A DNA stretch of 64,000 nucleotides from Patescibacteria group bacterium (GTDB lineage Bacteria; Patescibacteriota; Patescibacteriia; PEXW01): positions 3,255-67,254 of the forward strand of contig JBBTRK010000006.1 of the NCBI GenBank assembly GCA_038065235.1. The letters run 5' to 3'. The translations under genes were made by a program, and so were the position numbers. The notes under the pieces were generated by a model. It saw nothing but the letters and a program-made list of their open reading frames with translations. It was not told the DNA's origin and ran no database searches. Positions 56,372 to 64,000 of the stretch are shown one piece after another. Each line of letters begins with the position of its first letter. The stretch's first letter is position 1.

Positions 56372-58549
56372 ATGCTTCGGAGGAAAGGCACGACACTCAT
56401 CGAGACGCTCATCGGCATTGCCATCCTGGCATTCGTCATGACCTTTGCGTTCGCGATGTTCTCTTTGAGCACCGAGAAGCTCGCCCGCTCGAAATTTCGT
56501 GTACTGGCAACAGCACTGGCCACCGAGCAGGTAGAAATTATTCGGAATGTGCCGTTCGATCAGGTGGGGACTCAAGCGCCGACGTGCGAAGTAACCGGGC
56601 CTTTTTTGCGTACCAGTACCGTCACCCGTTCAAACGTCAACTTTACGGTTGACACCTGCGTGAAGTGGGTCGATGACCCGTTCGACAAGCTGGTAAGTGA
56701 TACGCCCTGGGATACCGTACCGACTGACTACAAGCTTGTAGAAATTTCGGTGAGCTGGCCCGGCGGTGATTCCCCGGTTAAGTTCACCACGACGGTGACG
56801 CCGAAGGGTTTGGAAGCGCCGTCAAACACGGGGTCGTTCCTAATCACCGTGTACGATGCGTCGGTGTTGCCTGTTCCCGAGGCAGATGTTACGGTCACGA
56901 ATACAATATTGGTGCCAGCCGTGAACATCGTTTCGAAAACCGATTTGCAAGGAAAATTGCAGCTTTTGGGTTTGGCGCCGGATGCGGGCAGCAACTATCA
57001 TATCGTCGTAACTAAGTCTGGCTACACCACGGATCAGACCGAGGCAGCGACTGCCCAGATACCCAACCCAGTTCTACAGGATTTCTCGTTATCCGCCGGG
57101 GGCATTGTGGACGTGGCTTTTAAAATTGACCGCGTGAGTAGTCTTGCTTTCACCACGGTCGGCGAAACATGTACGGCCATTCCGAGTGTTAATTTCAACC
57201 TCAAGGGGCAGAAATTAAAAGGGAACCCACCGCCAGACCCGGTGCTGAAGTACGATCAGAATTTTACGACCAGCAACCCCCTCGGCCAAGTAACCGCCAG
57301 TAACTTGGGGTGGGATCAGTACACATTGCTCTTGAGTGGCACGAGTAGGAACATCGCCGGCATTATTCCTCCAGCGAGCCTCAACGTGCTACCGAACACG
57401 AATCCACTTGTACAGCTGGTGCTGACGAGTAGCTACTCGGCTAACTCTCTTTTGGCGAGCGTGAAGGATACAAATACGAATCTGCCCGTGAGCGGTGCGA
57501 CGATTACTGTTACGGGTGTCGGCACCAAGGTCACTGGCCAAGGGGCTTGGTCGCAGACTGACTGGTCTGGCGGGATAGACCCAGCAGCGCTGTTCACCGA
57601 CGCGACGAAGACGAAGTTCGCTACCGAGGACGGGAACATCGATTGGCTTACCACACCGGGGCAAACAACGTTGCAGAAGGCCGCCTCAGCAGATACGGTA
57701 GTGGAGAGTTTTGACGCAACGACATATAAAGACCCCTCCATGACTGCGGTCTGGGATACTTCTGCCGGTGAAGTCCGCCTCCCGCAAACCAGCGGGCAGT
57801 ACGACGCGAGTGCAACCGGCCAGAGCCTGAAGCTACCTGTTGTTGCGGGGAAAATTGTTCGGGCTACGCTCACGGCAACGGATCAAACGAACGGCCAGAG
57901 TATCCAGTACTTCCTGGCCGCGGATGGCGTTACTTTCGAGGCGGTCACCCCCGGGGTCGCGTACGATTTCGTGGCAACCGGTGACGACCTACGGTTCAAA
58001 ATCCAGCTCGGGACGACTAATCCGGCCATGACGCCGACCGTTGCTAATATTTCTATAGCAGTAACCGTCGAAGCGTACGCCATTAGCGGTCATCTTACTT
58101 CCTCAACCTTCGATACGGGGACGGTTAGTAATTTTATTGATCTTACTTGGAATCCGCAGAGCCAGGGCGGGAATGTTGGGGCAGACCCCGTTCGTTTCCA
58201 GCTGGCGACGAATGATGACAACGCCACATGGAATTTTGTTGGATATGACGGCACTGCCGCTACGTACTTCACCACCAGCGGCACAACCGTGCCAGCCGCC
58301 CTCCAGGGCAAACGGTACGTGCGATACAAAATGTATTTACAAACGTCAGACCGAAAATTTACTCCAGGCGTCACGGATGTTAGTATCGGGTACACCACGG
58401 GCTGTACCCCGCCGGGACAAGCTTACTTCCCTGCCTTGAGTGTTCAGACGTACAGCGTCACCATTACGAAAGCAGGCTACATTGATTTGGTAGTTGACGT
58501 CGATGTCAACGGGAACCTGCAGAATACATTTAATCTCACGCCGAACTAA
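56372..58549 (+). CDS. Giant pilin-anchored adhesin (prepilin N-terminus plus CarboxypepD_reg-like and beta domains)
   Basis: MLRRKG|TTLIETLIG; EQVEIIRNVPFDQVG; DDPFD...DYKLVE.SVSW; QTDWSGG. Confidence 0.85.
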   Translation: MLRRKGTTLIETLIGIAILAFVMTFAFAMFSLSTEKLARSKFRVLATALATEQVEIIRNVPFDQVGTQAPTCEVTGPFLRTSTVTRSNVNFTVDTCVKWVDDPFDKLVSDTPWDTVPTDYKLVEISVSWPGGDSPVKFTTTVTPKGLEAPSNTGSFLITVYDASVLPVPEADVTVTNTILVPAVNIVSKTDLQGKLQLLGLAPDAGSNYHIVVTKSGYTTDQTEAATAQIPNPVLQDFSLSAGGIVDVAFKIDRVSSLAFTTVGETCTAIPSVNFNLKGQKLKGNPPPDPVLKYDQNFTTSNPLGQVTASNLGWDQYTLLLSGTSRNIAGIIPPASLNVLPNTNPLVQLVLTSSYSANSLLASVKDTNTNLPVSGATITVTGVGTKVTGQGAWSQTDWSGGIDPAALFTDATKTKFATEDGNIDWLTTPGQTTLQKAASADTVVESFDATTYKDPSMTAVWDTSAGEVRLPQTSGQYDASATGQSLKLPVVAGKIVRATLTATDQTNGQSIQYFLAADGVTFEAVTPGVAYDFVATGDDLRFKIQLGTTNPAMTPTVANISIAVTVEAYAISGHLTSSTFDTGTVSNFIDLTWNPQSQGGNVGADPVRFQLATNDDNATWNFVGYDGTAATYFTTSGTTVPAALQGKRYVRYKMYLQTSDRKFTPGVTDVSIGYTTGCTPPGQAYFPALSVQTYSVTITKAGYIDLVVDVDVNGNLQNTFNLTPN

Positions 58550-58579
58550 CGTATGCTAGGATCACGCCGAAAAAACATA

Positions 58580-59182
58580 ATGAAAAGTGCTGCGGGGTTC
58601 ACCCTCGTAGAATTACTTATAACCGCAAGCATCCTGGCCATAATTGGAACGTTGCTGGGCGTATTCGCTTCGGCGGGTATTCGCTCTTGGGGCCAGAATC
58701 GGGAGCAGGTAGAAGCGCAAGAGAGTGCTCGGGCAGCTTTGGCACGCATGACGAAAACAATCCGGAAAGCAGCCTCGGCGGATAATGGCGCGTATACCAT
58801 TTCGACCGCAGCAGCGCAGACATTGACCTTCTACGCCAACGTTGACAGCGATACGAACCGCGAGCAGGTGCGCTTCTTCCTGCAAGGGACAAATTTGAAG
58901 ATTGGTATCATCCAGCCTGTGGGTCAGCCTGCCACGTACCCCGCGGGGAATGAAGCCGTGAGTGTCCTGGCGGGCGGCATTCAGAATAGTGCGAACCCAA
59001 TTTTCCTCTACTACGATACCAATTACACTGGCACGCAAGCGGCACTCACCCAACCCGTGAACCTGCAGGATGTCCGTTTAGTACACATTACTTTGTCCAT
59101 TGATACTGACACTACGAAGCCCCCGACGGCAATCGATCTTCAGACCAGCACCTCATTCCGAAACTTGAAGAATAACCTGTAA
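58580..59182 (+). CDS. Minor pilin (PilW-like)
   Basis: AG|FTLVELLI; C-terminal FRNLKNNL. Confidence 0.88.
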   Translation: MKSAAGFTLVELLITASILAIIGTLLGVFASAGIRSWGQNREQVEAQESARAALARMTKTIRKAASADNGAYTISTAAAQTLTFYANVDSDTNREQVRFFLQGTNLKIGIIQPVGQPATYPAGNEAVSVLAGGIQNSANPIFLYYDTNYTGTQAALTQPVNLQDVRLVHITLSIDTDTTKPPTAIDLQTSTSFRNLKNNL

Positions 59183-59191
59183 GCTTTACGA

Positions 59192-60916
59192 ATGAGTATA
59201 CCAACCCGCCAACCCACAAACTCCCACCAACCAGTTCCCTATCCCAAAGGAACTATGCTTGTAAGTATTCTCGTCGTCACTGGCCTTTTTGTGACCCTAG
59301 GCATGCTCGCCCTACAGTTCGTCATCACGCAAAATGCCGCCAGCCGGTTCCGCGTGGATCGGGAGCGCGCCATCCAGATCGCCGAGGCCGGGGTGGACTA
59401 TTACCGTTGGCATTTGGCACATGTACCAGATGACTATCAGGATGGTACGGGTGCGGCGGGGCCGTATGTACACACTTATAAAGACGCGACCGGCAACACC
59501 CTGGGCACGTTCAGCCTGGAAATTACCCCGCCGCCTTCTGGTTCCACGGTGGTGACCATAAAATCCACCGGGCAAATCACTAATCGCCCAACGAGCAGTC
59601 GGACTGTTACGGTTCAACAAGGGATACCCTCATTCACCAAGTGGGCTGTAGTGGCGAATGCCGATATCCGCTTTGGCGTGGGCACCGAGGTGTTCGGGCC
59701 CATTCATTCTAACGGTGGTATTCGCTTCGACGGCCTGGCACACAACCTGGTCAGCTCGTACCGTTACAGCTACGACGACCCCGATCACACCGGCAGCAAT
59801 GAACTGGGCGTGCACACGCACGTTACACCCCTCGATGCCATTCCTCCGGTAACGCCACCCGCAACCATTGCGAGTCGGCCGGATGTTTTTGCGGTTGGGC
59901 GGCAGGTGCAGGCGAACTTCGTGGATTTCAATAGCATCAGCGTTGACATGCAGGCGATGAAAACAAAAGCCTCGGCCAACGGTATTTACGTTTTGCCCTC
60001 AGGCGGGCAGGGTTACCACATTACCTTCCGCCAGGATGGCAAGGTGGACATGCGCATCGTCAATACCCAGTTGCGTTGCCAGTACAGGTCTGGCGCACAA
60101 TGGCGTGACTATGGGTACTGCTCGAACAATTACAATTTGACCTGCACGCAGAACAGTAACTGCACCAGCGGCGCAACCTGCATCCAGTCCAGTCATTCCA
60201 TTGGCACCCGCGCGGCGGACCAGGCGGCCTTCACCTACCAGAGTGCCTCATCACTCGGCGTCCCAATCCCAGCGAATGGTCTCATATTCATTGAAGATGA
60301 CGCCTGGGTAGACGGCGTGGTGCCTAATGGTACGCGTCTTACCCTGGTGGCAGCCAAAGAACCGCTCGCGTCAGGTTTGGCGAATATTTACCTGGACAAA
60401 GATTTAACCTATGGCCGTTATTGTAACAATGCCACCCAGAATGCTTGTTCGCTCGATAGCGAATGTACCGGTGGGGCAACGTGCGTGGATGTATCAAATG
60501 GTACGTCAGCAGTGGGTCTTATAACCCAGCAAAACATCCTGGTTGGGTACTTCAGCGAGAATAACCTACGCCTAGATGCCGCACTCATCGCGCAGAACGG
60601 TCGGGTGGGTCGGCCTAATTTTGGTGCCAGCGGTTCCAGCTATCAACTCTACCCTACGGGTAGTCCGTTGCCGAACGGTGGAGGCGGCGAGAATAGTTGT
60701 GATGACTTTAGATCGCGAAGTCTTATTACCACTTTTGGCGCAATTGCCACCAATCAGCGCTACGGTTTTGCCTGGACTGGCGGCAGTTTTTGCAATAGCT
60801 CCAGTTCTGGCTACTGTGACCGCACCCTAAACTTTGATGCGAATCTCACGTACGCCCCGCCACCAGATTTTCCCACCACTGGGCAGTACGAAGCCTTGAG
60901 TTGGGAGGAGCAGTAG
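59192..60916 (+). CDS. PilX-type minor pilin with large C-terminal domain and Cys-rich inserts
   Basis: KG|TMLVSILV; AIQIAEAGVDYYRWHLAH; GPIHSNGGIRFDG; PP.FP...SWEE. Confidence 0.85.
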   Translation: MSIPTRQPTNSHQPVPYPKGTMLVSILVVTGLFVTLGMLALQFVITQNAASRFRVDRERAIQIAEAGVDYYRWHLAHVPDDYQDGTGAAGPYVHTYKDATGNTLGTFSLEITPPPSGSTVVTIKSTGQITNRPTSSRTVTVQQGIPSFTKWAVVANADIRFGVGTEVFGPIHSNGGIRFDGLAHNLVSSYRYSYDDPDHTGSNELGVHTHVTPLDAIPPVTPPATIASRPDVFAVGRQVQANFVDFNSISVDMQAMKTKASANGIYVLPSGGQGYHITFRQDGKVDMRIVNTQLRCQYRSGAQWRDYGYCSNNYNLTCTQNSNCTSGATCIQSSHSIGTRAADQAAFTYQSASSLGVPIPANGLIFIEDDAWVDGVVPNGTRLTLVAAKEPLASGLANIYLDKDLTYGRYCNNATQNACSLDSECTGGATCVDVSNGTSAVGLITQQNILVGYFSENNLRLDAALIAQNGRVGRPNFGASGSSYQLYPTGSPLPNGGGGENSCDDFRSRSLITTFGAIATNQRYGFAWTGGSFCNSSSSGYCDRTLNFDANLTYAPPPDFPTTGQYEALSWEEQ

Positions 60917-60930
60917 GGGGTTCCACTTGA

Positions 60931-61044
60931 TTGTCATTGCGAGCCCGAGCCCTGCGAGGGTGCGGCAATCCCGTTTGGACAAAGCGCAGTTCCATTTAAA
61001 CGAGATTGCTTCGTCGTCCGCACCAGTGGGACGTGGCATTGACA
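60931..61044. repeat. Palindromic element family B
   Basis: TTGTCATTGCGAG...GGCAATC...GATTGCTTCG...GCATTGACA. Confidence 0.8.
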
Positions 61045-61210
61045 GCTGTTACAGCCTGTTATAGGCTATGAATGTTAAGTCTCCTACGCCTGTCCCCTCT
61101 GGGGACAGTGTGTAGGATTTCTGTTAGAATGCGATTATGCAACGTGTACAGGTTTAACTTAGAGATATATACGTCAGTTATTTGCATCAACCTATGATAA
61201 AACTTCTGGA

Positions 61211-61627
61211 ATGAACGAGGAGCTCGAAAGACAAATACGATTAGAGCAAACAAGAGCGCATTTGGATACTTTTCGACAGCTTGTGGGCATGCGTTCTTCG
61301 TTGGTAGCGGTTGTTGCAACTTTGGCAGCGGGCTTACTCGTAGTAGCGACTTTCAATGACCGATTGATTCCTCTAACTGAACTCGTTAGAGTTTCACTCA
61401 TCATTCTGCTTGCACTTATCGTCGTTGCACTGTGGGATGTACTTTTAGAAATTCATCGAGGGACAAATAAAGTTATAGCAAAACTAGGCGTGCAAGAAAA
61501 AGCGAAAAGACTTTTTGCAGAAGGTGACTTCCTTCAGAAGTTTCAGAATATATCGATTTACATTTACATTCCACTAATGACTATAGTGATAATCTTCCTG
61601 ATATTTTCAATCATTAGGAACTGGTAG
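61211..61627 (+). CDS. Hypothetical 3-TM protein (AT-rich)
   Basis: 138-aa ORF with hydrophobic helices. Confidence 0.7.
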   Translation: MNEELERQIRLEQTRAHLDTFRQLVGMRSSLVAVVATLAAGLLVVATFNDRLIPLTELVRVSLIILLALIVVALWDVLLEIHRGTNKVIAKLGVQEKAKRLFAEGDFLQKFQNISIYIYIPLMTIVIIFLIFSIIRNW

Positions 61628-61659
61628 TACTGTATTTTCATTCGCTAATCCCCGTAAGA

Positions 61660-62577
61660 ATGCCCCACAAACTCATTATCATCGGTTCCGGCCCAGCAGG
61701 CTTATCTGCCGCGCTTTACGCCAGTCGCGCCGAAATGCAACCACTCGTCATTGCCGGTAGCAAGCCTGGTGGACAGTTGATGGACACCACCGAGATTGAG
61801 AATTTTCCCGGCGTGCCATCTATGCAAGGGCCAGAGCTCATGCAGGTCATGCGCGGCCAGGCCGAGAAGTTCGGGACGAAGTTCATCGATGGCGACGCAA
61901 CGAAGGTTGACTTCAGCAGCCGGCCGTTCACCGTGTGGGTTGGCGATCGGCAAGAGCAAGCACAGACCGTCATCATCGCCACCGGTGCCACAGCCCGTTG
62001 GCTCAACATTCCCAGCGAGCAGAAGCTGCGCGGCCATGGCGTATCGGCCTGCGCCACGTGCGACGGATTCTTCTTCAAAGGCAAGGACGTTGCCGTCATT
62101 GGTGGAGGCGACTCGGCAATGGAAGAAGCAACATTCCTGACGAAGTTCGCCAACCACGTCACCATCCTGCACCGCAAAGATACGTTCAGCGCGAGCAAGA
62201 TCATGCAGAAGCGCGCTTTCGATAATCCAAAGATTTCCGTCGTCTGGAACACGACAGTTGTAGAAGTATTGGGCGAGGATAAAGTAACCGGTCTTCGTTT
62301 GCAGAACGTTCAAACGAACGCGACGGAAGATATGCCGATGGACGGGCTCTTCCTCGCGATTGGCCACATGCCCGCGACAAATATTTTTTCAGGCCAGGTT
62401 GAAACCGGTAAAGGCGGCTACATTGTCGTTACCGATTACACCCACACATCTGTGCCGGGCGTGTTTGCAGCGGGTGACGTGCAAGACCCGCGCTACCGCC
62501 AAGCGTCCGTGGCTGCCGGCTGGGGTGTCATGGCCATGTTGGATGCGGAGAAGTTCTTGGCTGCCTCGGAGGACTAA
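61660..62577 (+). CDS. trxB: Thioredoxin-disulfide reductase
   Basis: IIGSGPAG, GGQL..T..ENFPG, CATCDG, GGGDSAMEEA, FAAGDV. Confidence 0.97.
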   Translation: MPHKLIIIGSGPAGLSAALYASRAEMQPLVIAGSKPGGQLMDTTEIENFPGVPSMQGPELMQVMRGQAEKFGTKFIDGDATKVDFSSRPFTVWVGDRQEQAQTVIIATGATARWLNIPSEQKLRGHGVSACATCDGFFFKGKDVAVIGGGDSAMEEATFLTKFANHVTILHRKDTFSASKIMQKRAFDNPKISVVWNTTVVEVLGEDKVTGLRLQNVQTNATEDMPMDGLFLAIGHMPATNIFSGQVETGKGGYIVVTDYTHTSVPGVFAAGDVQDPRYRQASVAAGWGVMAMLDAEKFLAASED

Positions 62578-62595
62578 GACAACTGAACAAAAAGA

Positions 62596-62626
62596 AAACG
62601 CACCGGTTGGAATACGGTGCGTTTTT
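62596..62626. terminator. Bidirectional terminator between trxB and fabH
   Basis: AAAACGCACCG/CGGTGCGTTTT. Confidence 0.8.
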
Positions 62627-62644
62627 GATGAGCGATGTTGGTGT

Positions 62645-63856
62645 CTACCTCCACGTAAAGTACGTACTGCCCCAGCTGTACCCACCGCCGAAGGCAATTT
62701 GCATGATGCGCGTGCCAGGCTTGATGAGCTCGAGCTCCCGTGCCTCGTAGGTGCAAAGGGCTGTGGCTGGGGACGTGGTATTGCCGAAGTGGTCAATGTT
62801 GTCGTACCAGATGATCGTGTGGGTTTTCTGTACTGTGCTCTTTCCAAAGGGAATTCCTTCAGGACAGTCCCGTGTCGCCATGCGGAACTCCACGTGCGGG
62901 TACTGTTTGGCGAGCCGCTTCACGACCGCCTCGCTCATCCTTTTGTTCGCCTGGTGCGGCGTAATGACATCGACGTCTTCGATGGTGAGGCCGAAGAACT
63001 CGAGCGCATCGGGAACGAGTCGGTCATTCACATGCGGGACAATGTCCTCAAATACTGTTCTGCCATCCATGAACATGAGGTGGTCGTCACGTCGCGGATC
63101 CAAGTGCTCTGCCAGGAGTGGCACGGCCGATCCGCCCGCGAGCGTCTTAATGCGGTTTTCGTTCACACCATCGATGCCGCCATCACCACCCATGAATACC
63201 GGCGGGTTTTTGAACCACGAGTGTTCGGGTGCACACGCTTCGAGCGCGTACGCTGCGCCTGCGTCGCCGAGAATAGCGAATGGTGAACGTGCACGGTGGT
63301 GACGACCCGTTGTGCTGCTCATGATGTCTGCCAACGCCACGATGCCACGCTTGCACGTACCGCTCTGGATGAGCGCGCAGCCGACGCTGAGGGCGGCCAT
63401 CGGGGTGGTGCAGGCGTACGAGACGTCCATGGTTATGCAATTTCGTAACCGCTTGCCGGCAAGACCATTTCGGTACGGCGGGAAGTGCATCTTCCGCAAC
63501 GCTACAGCCGACGTCGGCGGGGTCTGCGGGTGGTCCGGTGACACGGTACCCAGGATGAAGAATTCCGGCAGCTCCAGACCATCACCGTACGCATCGGTCC
63601 ATGCTTCGTGCGCAGCGCGCATGGCGTAGTCGCTCGTCGTCTCGCCTGGTTCGGCGAACCGACGTTCCTTAATACCAGTGCGGGAGAGGATCCACTCATC
63701 GCTCGTTTCGTACACTTCGCGTTCAGCATCCGTGAGCATAATGCCACTGGCGAGAACACACTCGCGTTCTTCCAGGTACATCCTGGCAATGTCGTCGTTC
63801 GTGACGATACGCTTGGGGAGGGCAATGCCCAAACCCGCAATGCGAACTCCTTGCAT
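62645..63856 (-). CDS. fabH: 3-oxoacyl-ACP synthase III (FabH/KAS III family) with insertions
   Basis: TSDEWI..RTGI.ERR, YACT (Cys), GDAGAA, MDGR.VF, PHQAN (His), GNT (Asn), AFGGG.SWG. Confidence 0.88.
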   Translation of the reverse strand: MQGVRIAGLGIALPKRIVTNDDIARMYLEERECVLASGIMLTDAEREVYETSDEWILSRTGIKERRFAEPGETTSDYAMRAAHEAWTDAYGDGLELPEFFILGTVSPDHPQTPPTSAVALRKMHFPPYRNGLAGKRLRNCITMDVSYACTTPMAALSVGCALIQSGTCKRGIVALADIMSSTTGRHHRARSPFAILGDAGAAYALEACAPEHSWFKNPPVFMGGDGGIDGVNENRIKTLAGGSAVPLLAEHLDPRRDDHLMFMDGRTVFEDIVPHVNDRLVPDALEFFGLTIEDVDVITPHQANKRMSEAVVKRLAKQYPHVEFRMATRDCPEGIPFGKSTVQKTHTIIWYDNIDHFGNTTSPATALCTYEARELELIKPGTRIMQIAFGGGYSWGSTYFTWR

Positions 63857-63900
63857 GTGCTTTCTCCTTTTCAAAGAGGTTTGTGTTTTCTTGTGCCCCC

Positions 63901-63929
63901 ACCCTACCGCCTCGACCTTCGGGCGTCAA
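63901..63929 (-). promoter_or_regulatory. sigma70-like promoter TTGACG-N17-TAGGGT for fabH
   Basis: Read on the minus strand. Confidence 0.55.
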
Positions 63930-63946
63930 CTTGCTAGGCTACGACC

Positions 63947-64000
63947 ATGCGGAAGAAACTCATCGCTACTTTCATCCTTTCGCTCGCTGGTATTGCTCTT
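63947..64000 (+). CDS. 5' fragment of a secreted protein (signal peptide MRKKLIATFILSLAGIAL...)
   Basis: TAGGCT 6 nt before ATG; runs off the window end. Confidence 0.6.
   Translation, partial: MRKKLIATFILSLAGIAL

Noticed and set aside
53201-60916. DGR template/variable repeats in the surface proteins
   Set aside because: No ~100-bp repeat pair with adenine-specific mismatches was noticed and no reverse transcriptase is in the window
6801-61044. CRISPR array from the recurring palindromes
   Set aside because: Copies are dispersed, not regularly spaced with unique spacers, and no cas genes are present
61045-61210. Replication origin in the AT-rich gap
   Set aside because: No convincing cluster of TTATCCACA DnaA boxes and no dnaA nearby

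Overview
A 64-kb piece of a small, streamlined bacterial chromosome (code 11). Gene content points to Patescibacteria/CPR (Parcubacteria-like); this is an inference from tkt, nfo, tig, hppA, nusA, pnp, rpsO, a Xer-family recombinase, trxB, two type IV pilin loci and CPR-style surface proteins. It holds five intact tRNAs (Gly-TCC, Arg-TCT, Ala-TGC, Val-TAC, His-GTG), an accessory stretch at about 43.3-49 kb, several disrupted genes and many nested palindromic repeats. No CRISPR array, rRNA, transposase or reverse transcriptase was seen. Main observations: (1) a ~420-nt ORF-free unit at 32.48-32.93 kb, with a near-consensus sigma70 promoter, a chain of hairpins and a terminator, is a candidate undescribed ncRNA; (2) it shares its architecture with a set of stand-alone minus-strand single-gene units (promoter + Shine-Dalgarno + terminator) carrying a Bacteroidota-type RpoD, FabH, a PgsA-family enzyme and GlpQ, whereas many other genes look leaderless (TANNNT exactly 6 nt before ATG); (3) tandem degenerate copies of tRNA-Val and tRNA-Ala are invaded by mini-palindromes that also nest inside other repeats; (4) an HTH/LAGLIDADG-like ORF has its stop codon inside tRNA-Gly. 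All calls are by eye from motifs; no database searches or folding programs were run.
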